8,321 nucleotides of DNA from a virus (lineage: Duplodnaviria > Heunggongvirae > Uroviricota > Caudoviricetes), in IMG/VR virus record IMGVR_UViG_3300029249_000159. One strand, given 5' to 3'. The translations under genes and the position numbers were made by a program. Positions 6,550 to 8,321 of the stretch are shown here, piece by piece (the first letter of the stretch is position 1; each line of letters begins with the position of its first letter). The notes under the pieces were generated by a model, which saw only the letters and a list, made by a program, of their open reading frames with translations, searched no databases and was not told where the DNA came from.

Positions 6550-6957
6550 ATGGATACAAGAACCCTAGGCCAGCGAGTTCTGGCGCGACGAAAAGAATTA
6601 CGCTTAACACAACGAGAAGCTGCGCGCCTCGCTGGAGTTGCTCACGTCACAATTTCACAATGGGAAAGAGACGAAACCCAGCCAGTCGGAAAACGATTGT
6701 TTGCTTTAGCGGATGCTCTGAAGTGCTCACCTACATGGCTAATGTTTGGTGACGAAGACAAGGCACCAGTGCCGGCACAAGAACTTCATGTGGAAACAGA
6801 GCTAACTCCCAACCACAAAGAATTGATCGAATTATTCGATGCTCTTCCATCTTCCGAGCAGGAAGCCTTGCTGTCTGAAATGCGCGCAAGAGTAGAAAAC
6901 TTCAACAAACTCTTCGAAGAAATGCTTAAAGCGCGTAAAAATAAATCAATAAAATAA
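6550..6957 (+). CDS. dicA: HTH XRE-family repressor, DicA-like (135 aa)
   Basis: ATG at 6550; N-terminal HTH (LRLTQREAARLAGVAHVTISQWERDETQP) and a C-terminal tail (SSEQEALLSEMRARVENFNKLFEEMLKAR) that closely resemble my recollection of E. coli DicA, same length. A TAGAAT hexamer sits only 9 nt upstream of the ATG, so the transcript may be leaderless like lambda cI from PRM (inference). Confidence 0.85.
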   Translation: MDTRTLGQRVLARRKELRLTQREAARLAGVAHVTISQWERDETQPVGKRLFALADALKCSPTWLMFGDEDKAPVPAQELHVETELTPNHKELIELFDALPSSEQEALLSEMRARVENFNKLFEEMLKARKNKSIK

Positions 6958-6992
6958 CATTCTTTTCAAGTGATTAGTTGCGCCCACTCTTT

Positions 6993-7012
6993 TTGTTAGA
7001 TCAATCTAACAA
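6993..7012. promoter_or_regulatory. Operator palindrome upstream of the ydfA-dicF operon
   Basis: Perfect inverted repeat TTGTTAGA-tcaa-TCTAACAA, the same half-site as the intergenic operator at 6483-6500. A degenerate third copy (TGTTAGG-ttat-TCTAAAT) at 7030-7047 lies within the spacer of the candidate promoter. Confidence 0.55.
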
Positions 7013-7019
7013 AAAACAC

Positions 7020-7048
7020 TTGCCTCTTATGTTAGGTTATTCTAAATT
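7020..7048 (+). promoter_or_regulatory. Candidate promoter of the ydfA-dicF-dicB-like operon
   Basis: -35 TTGCCT (7020-7025), 17-bp spacer, -10 TAAATT (7043-7048), flanked and overlapped by the operator palindromes. Confidence 0.35.
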
Positions 7049-7125
7049 ACTTTCCATCAAGACACCGCACGGTGTTCTCAGCAAACAGTTCCGCTACCCC
7101 GGCGTTAAGGGGAAATGAGGTCAGC

Positions 7126-7278
7126 ATGGATACTATCGATCTTGGCAACAGCGAATCTCTAGTATGTGCCGTGTTCCCCAACCAAGACGGTACGTTCACC
7201 GCGATGACATATACCAAAAGCAAAACGTTTAAAACCGAATCTGGCGCGCGTTGCTGGTTAGCCAGAAACACTGACTGA
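7126..7278 (+). CDS. ydfA: Small protein, YdfA-like (50 aa)
   Basis: ATG at 7126 with GAGG 5 nt upstream; MDTIDLGNSESLVCAVFPNQDGTFTAMTYTKSKTFKTESGARCWLARNTD. First gene after dicA, as ydfA is in Qin. The track ORF 7072..7278 is a GTG-initiated 5' extension. Confidence 0.6.
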   Translation: MDTIDLGNSESLVCAVFPNQDGTFTAMTYTKSKTFKTESGARCWLARNTD

Positions 7279-7289
7279 TGAGGCTGACG

Positions 7290-7655
7290 ATGGAATTTAA
7301 AGATTTACCGTCTGATGTACAGAAAACAGCAGCTCATACATTGCATTCTGTGCTGCGAGAAATCGGGAAAGATATTGCAAGCGAGCCAGCAAAAGATCTG
7401 GCCCGGAAAATCAAGACCGCTTTCGTTGAGCTTTATAATGTTGGCACTGACTCTGAAACTGTCGAGACCAAGACCGTAAGTTCACCAATATTCTCACTTG
7501 AGCCAAGCGTATTATCAGGTGAAATATGCACCGAGATTTCCAGCGAACTGCTTCCGGTAATACGAGAAGCAATTTGCCGTCGCGGTTTGGATGGAAGTTA
7601 CGATCATGACGTCCTGCAAGTTCTCAGGACAATGGTGACGTCACTGGGGATTTGA
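7290..7655 (+). CDS. Hypothetical protein (121 aa; 125 aa if started at 7278)
   Basis: ATG at 7290 with GAGG 5 nt upstream (MEFKDLPSDVQKTAAHTLHSVLREIGK...). An alternative ATG at 7278 overlaps the ydfA stop (ATGA). No family recognised; occupies the slot where Qin has ydfB/ydfC. Confidence 0.5.
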   Translation: MEFKDLPSDVQKTAAHTLHSVLREIGKDIASEPAKDLARKIKTAFVELYNVGTDSETVETKTVSSPIFSLEPSVLSGEICTEISSELLPVIREAICRRGLDGSYDHDVLQVLRTMVTSLGI

Positions 7656-7824
7656 TCCCTGCGTCCTCTAACCTTTTGATATAGCGGTCCTCCAAGAAGC
7701 GGTAAATTTTGTCGAAATCATCTTTCCCCTCTGGTTTATTCAGAGGATTACAGGACCCGTAAGTAGCGGCATACATTTCAACCGTTTTATCAAAAATATA
7801 AGAGACAAATTCTTCTTTAGTCAT
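7624..7824 (-). CDS. Hypothetical small protein (66 aa), antisense to the operon
   Basis: ATG at 7822-7824 with AAGGAAA 6 nt upstream (MTKEEFVSYIFDKTVEMYAATYGSCNPLNKPEGKDDFDKIYRFLEDRYIKRLEDAGIK...). The track ORF starts further upstream without a comparable RBS. Its 3' end overlaps the 3' end of the 121-aa gene by 32 nt (convergent); local sequence is AT-rich by eye. Confidence 0.45.
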   Translation of the reverse strand: MTKEEFVSYIFDKTVEMYAATYGSCNPLNKPEGKDDFDKIYRFLEDRYIKRLEDAGIKSPVTSPLS

Positions 7825-8089
7825 ATAGATTTCCTTCTTGGTTATTCGGGATAAGAAGGATACCACCTCGCCTGACGTGGTTAAAAGCAGGCACACAACA
7901 CGAAAGCGCACGGCGAAGTTCGTCTCACTGTACGGTGTCGTTAAATTTAATTCGACCGTGCGCTTCCGGTTGTGGCAACCCGCGAAATGGCGCGGCGGTA
8001 AGTATGGCGGGGTTATTCCTTCCCCGTTGAGGACACCGGGTTGTCAGGTTGACCATACGCTTAAGTGACACCCCTGCCACAACACTCCA

Positions 8090-8147
8090 TGTTGATTGGT
8101 ACCTTTGGCGGCATCAGTTTCATTGCTGGCTGATGTCCGCCCTTTTT
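8090..8147 (+). ncRNA. dicF: DicF-like small regulatory RNA
   Basis: Positioned between the operon ORFs and the downstream gene start as in Qin. Contains the TTTGGCGG...ATCAGTTT core (8104-8119) and a terminal GGCGG/CCGCC stem plus CCCTTTTT (8137-8147) that match my recollection of E. coli DicF, with differences in the loop region. The 5' end is a guess (RNase processing in K-12). Confidence 0.6.
8107..8147 (+). terminator. Intrinsic terminator forming the 3' end of the DicF-like RNA
   Basis: Stem GGCGG (8107-8111) pairing with CCGCC (8137-8141) enclosing an internal structured loop, followed by CTTTTT (8142-8147). Confidence 0.55.
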
Positions 8148-8315
8148 AAAGTGAATTTTGTGATGCGGTGAATGCGGCTGAGCGCACGCGGAACAGTTAA
8201 AACCAAAAACAGTGTTATGGGTGGATTCTCTGTATCCGGCGTTAATTGTTAACTGGTTAACGTCACCTGGAGGCACCAGGCACTGCATCACAAAATTCAT
8301 TATTGAGGACGCGAT

Positions 8316-8321
8316 AATGAA
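8316..8321 (+). CDS. Start of a downstream gene (5'-partial view; DicB-like by position)
   Basis: ATG at 8316 with GAGGA 6 nt upstream (8305-8309); only ATGAA is inside the window, consistent with a start such as Met-Lys. The DicB identity is inferred from synteny alone. Confidence 0.3.

Noticed and set aside
6504-6752. Plus-strand 82-aa ORF overlapping dicA in another frame
   Set aside because: Out-of-frame overlap with the well-supported dicA-like gene; Arg/Ser-rich translation.
7047-7271. Minus-strand 74-aa ORF across the ydfA promoter and gene
   Set aside because: Antisense to ydfA-like gene and operator region; no RBS seen.
7838-8068. Plus-strand 76-aa ORF upstream of DicF
   Set aside because: Starts at TTG with no Shine-Dalgarno and has no ATG; the region is more likely untranslated precursor RNA of the DicF-like sRNA. 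Kept only as a low-probability ydfC-like candidate.
8061-8300. Minus-strand 79-aa ORF
   Set aside because: Antisense across the DicF-like RNA, its terminator and the leader of the downstream gene; incompatible with those better-supported features.
1-8321. CRISPR arrays, tRNA or rRNA genes
   Set aside because: No spaced identical direct repeats of CRISPR type and no tRNA-like or rRNA-like sequence noticed; the only periodic repeats are the iterons at 5305..5442.

Overview
This window reads as the immunity/early-replication region of a Qin-like (DicA/DicC-type) lambdoid prophage from an E. coli-like enterobacterium, interrupted by an IS-like transposase and a slightly AT-richer cargo segment. 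On the plus strand: dicA-like repressor (6550..6957), ydfA-like small gene, a 121-aa ORF, a DicF-like sRNA with its terminator, and the first codons of a downstream gene at the window end. On the minus strand, read right to left: dicC-like cro (6242..6469), a 173-aa ORF at the cII/YdaT position, an O-like replication initiator carrying a 23-bp iteron array (candidate origin), a 133-aa ORF, a cargo segment with an orphan 195-aa ORF, an IS481-family-like DDE transposase (plus strand), a Hok/Gef toxin gene with terminator, then three further ORFs. The leftmost of these runs off the window edge and is missing from the supplied ORF track because it has no in-window stop. No rRNA, tRNA or CRISPR array was seen. 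All identifications rest on reading the translations and on recalled family sequences; no database search was run. The best candidate for an undescribed function is the orphan 195-aa cargo ORF (3488..4075), followed by the convergent 121-aa/66-aa pair between ydfA and DicF.
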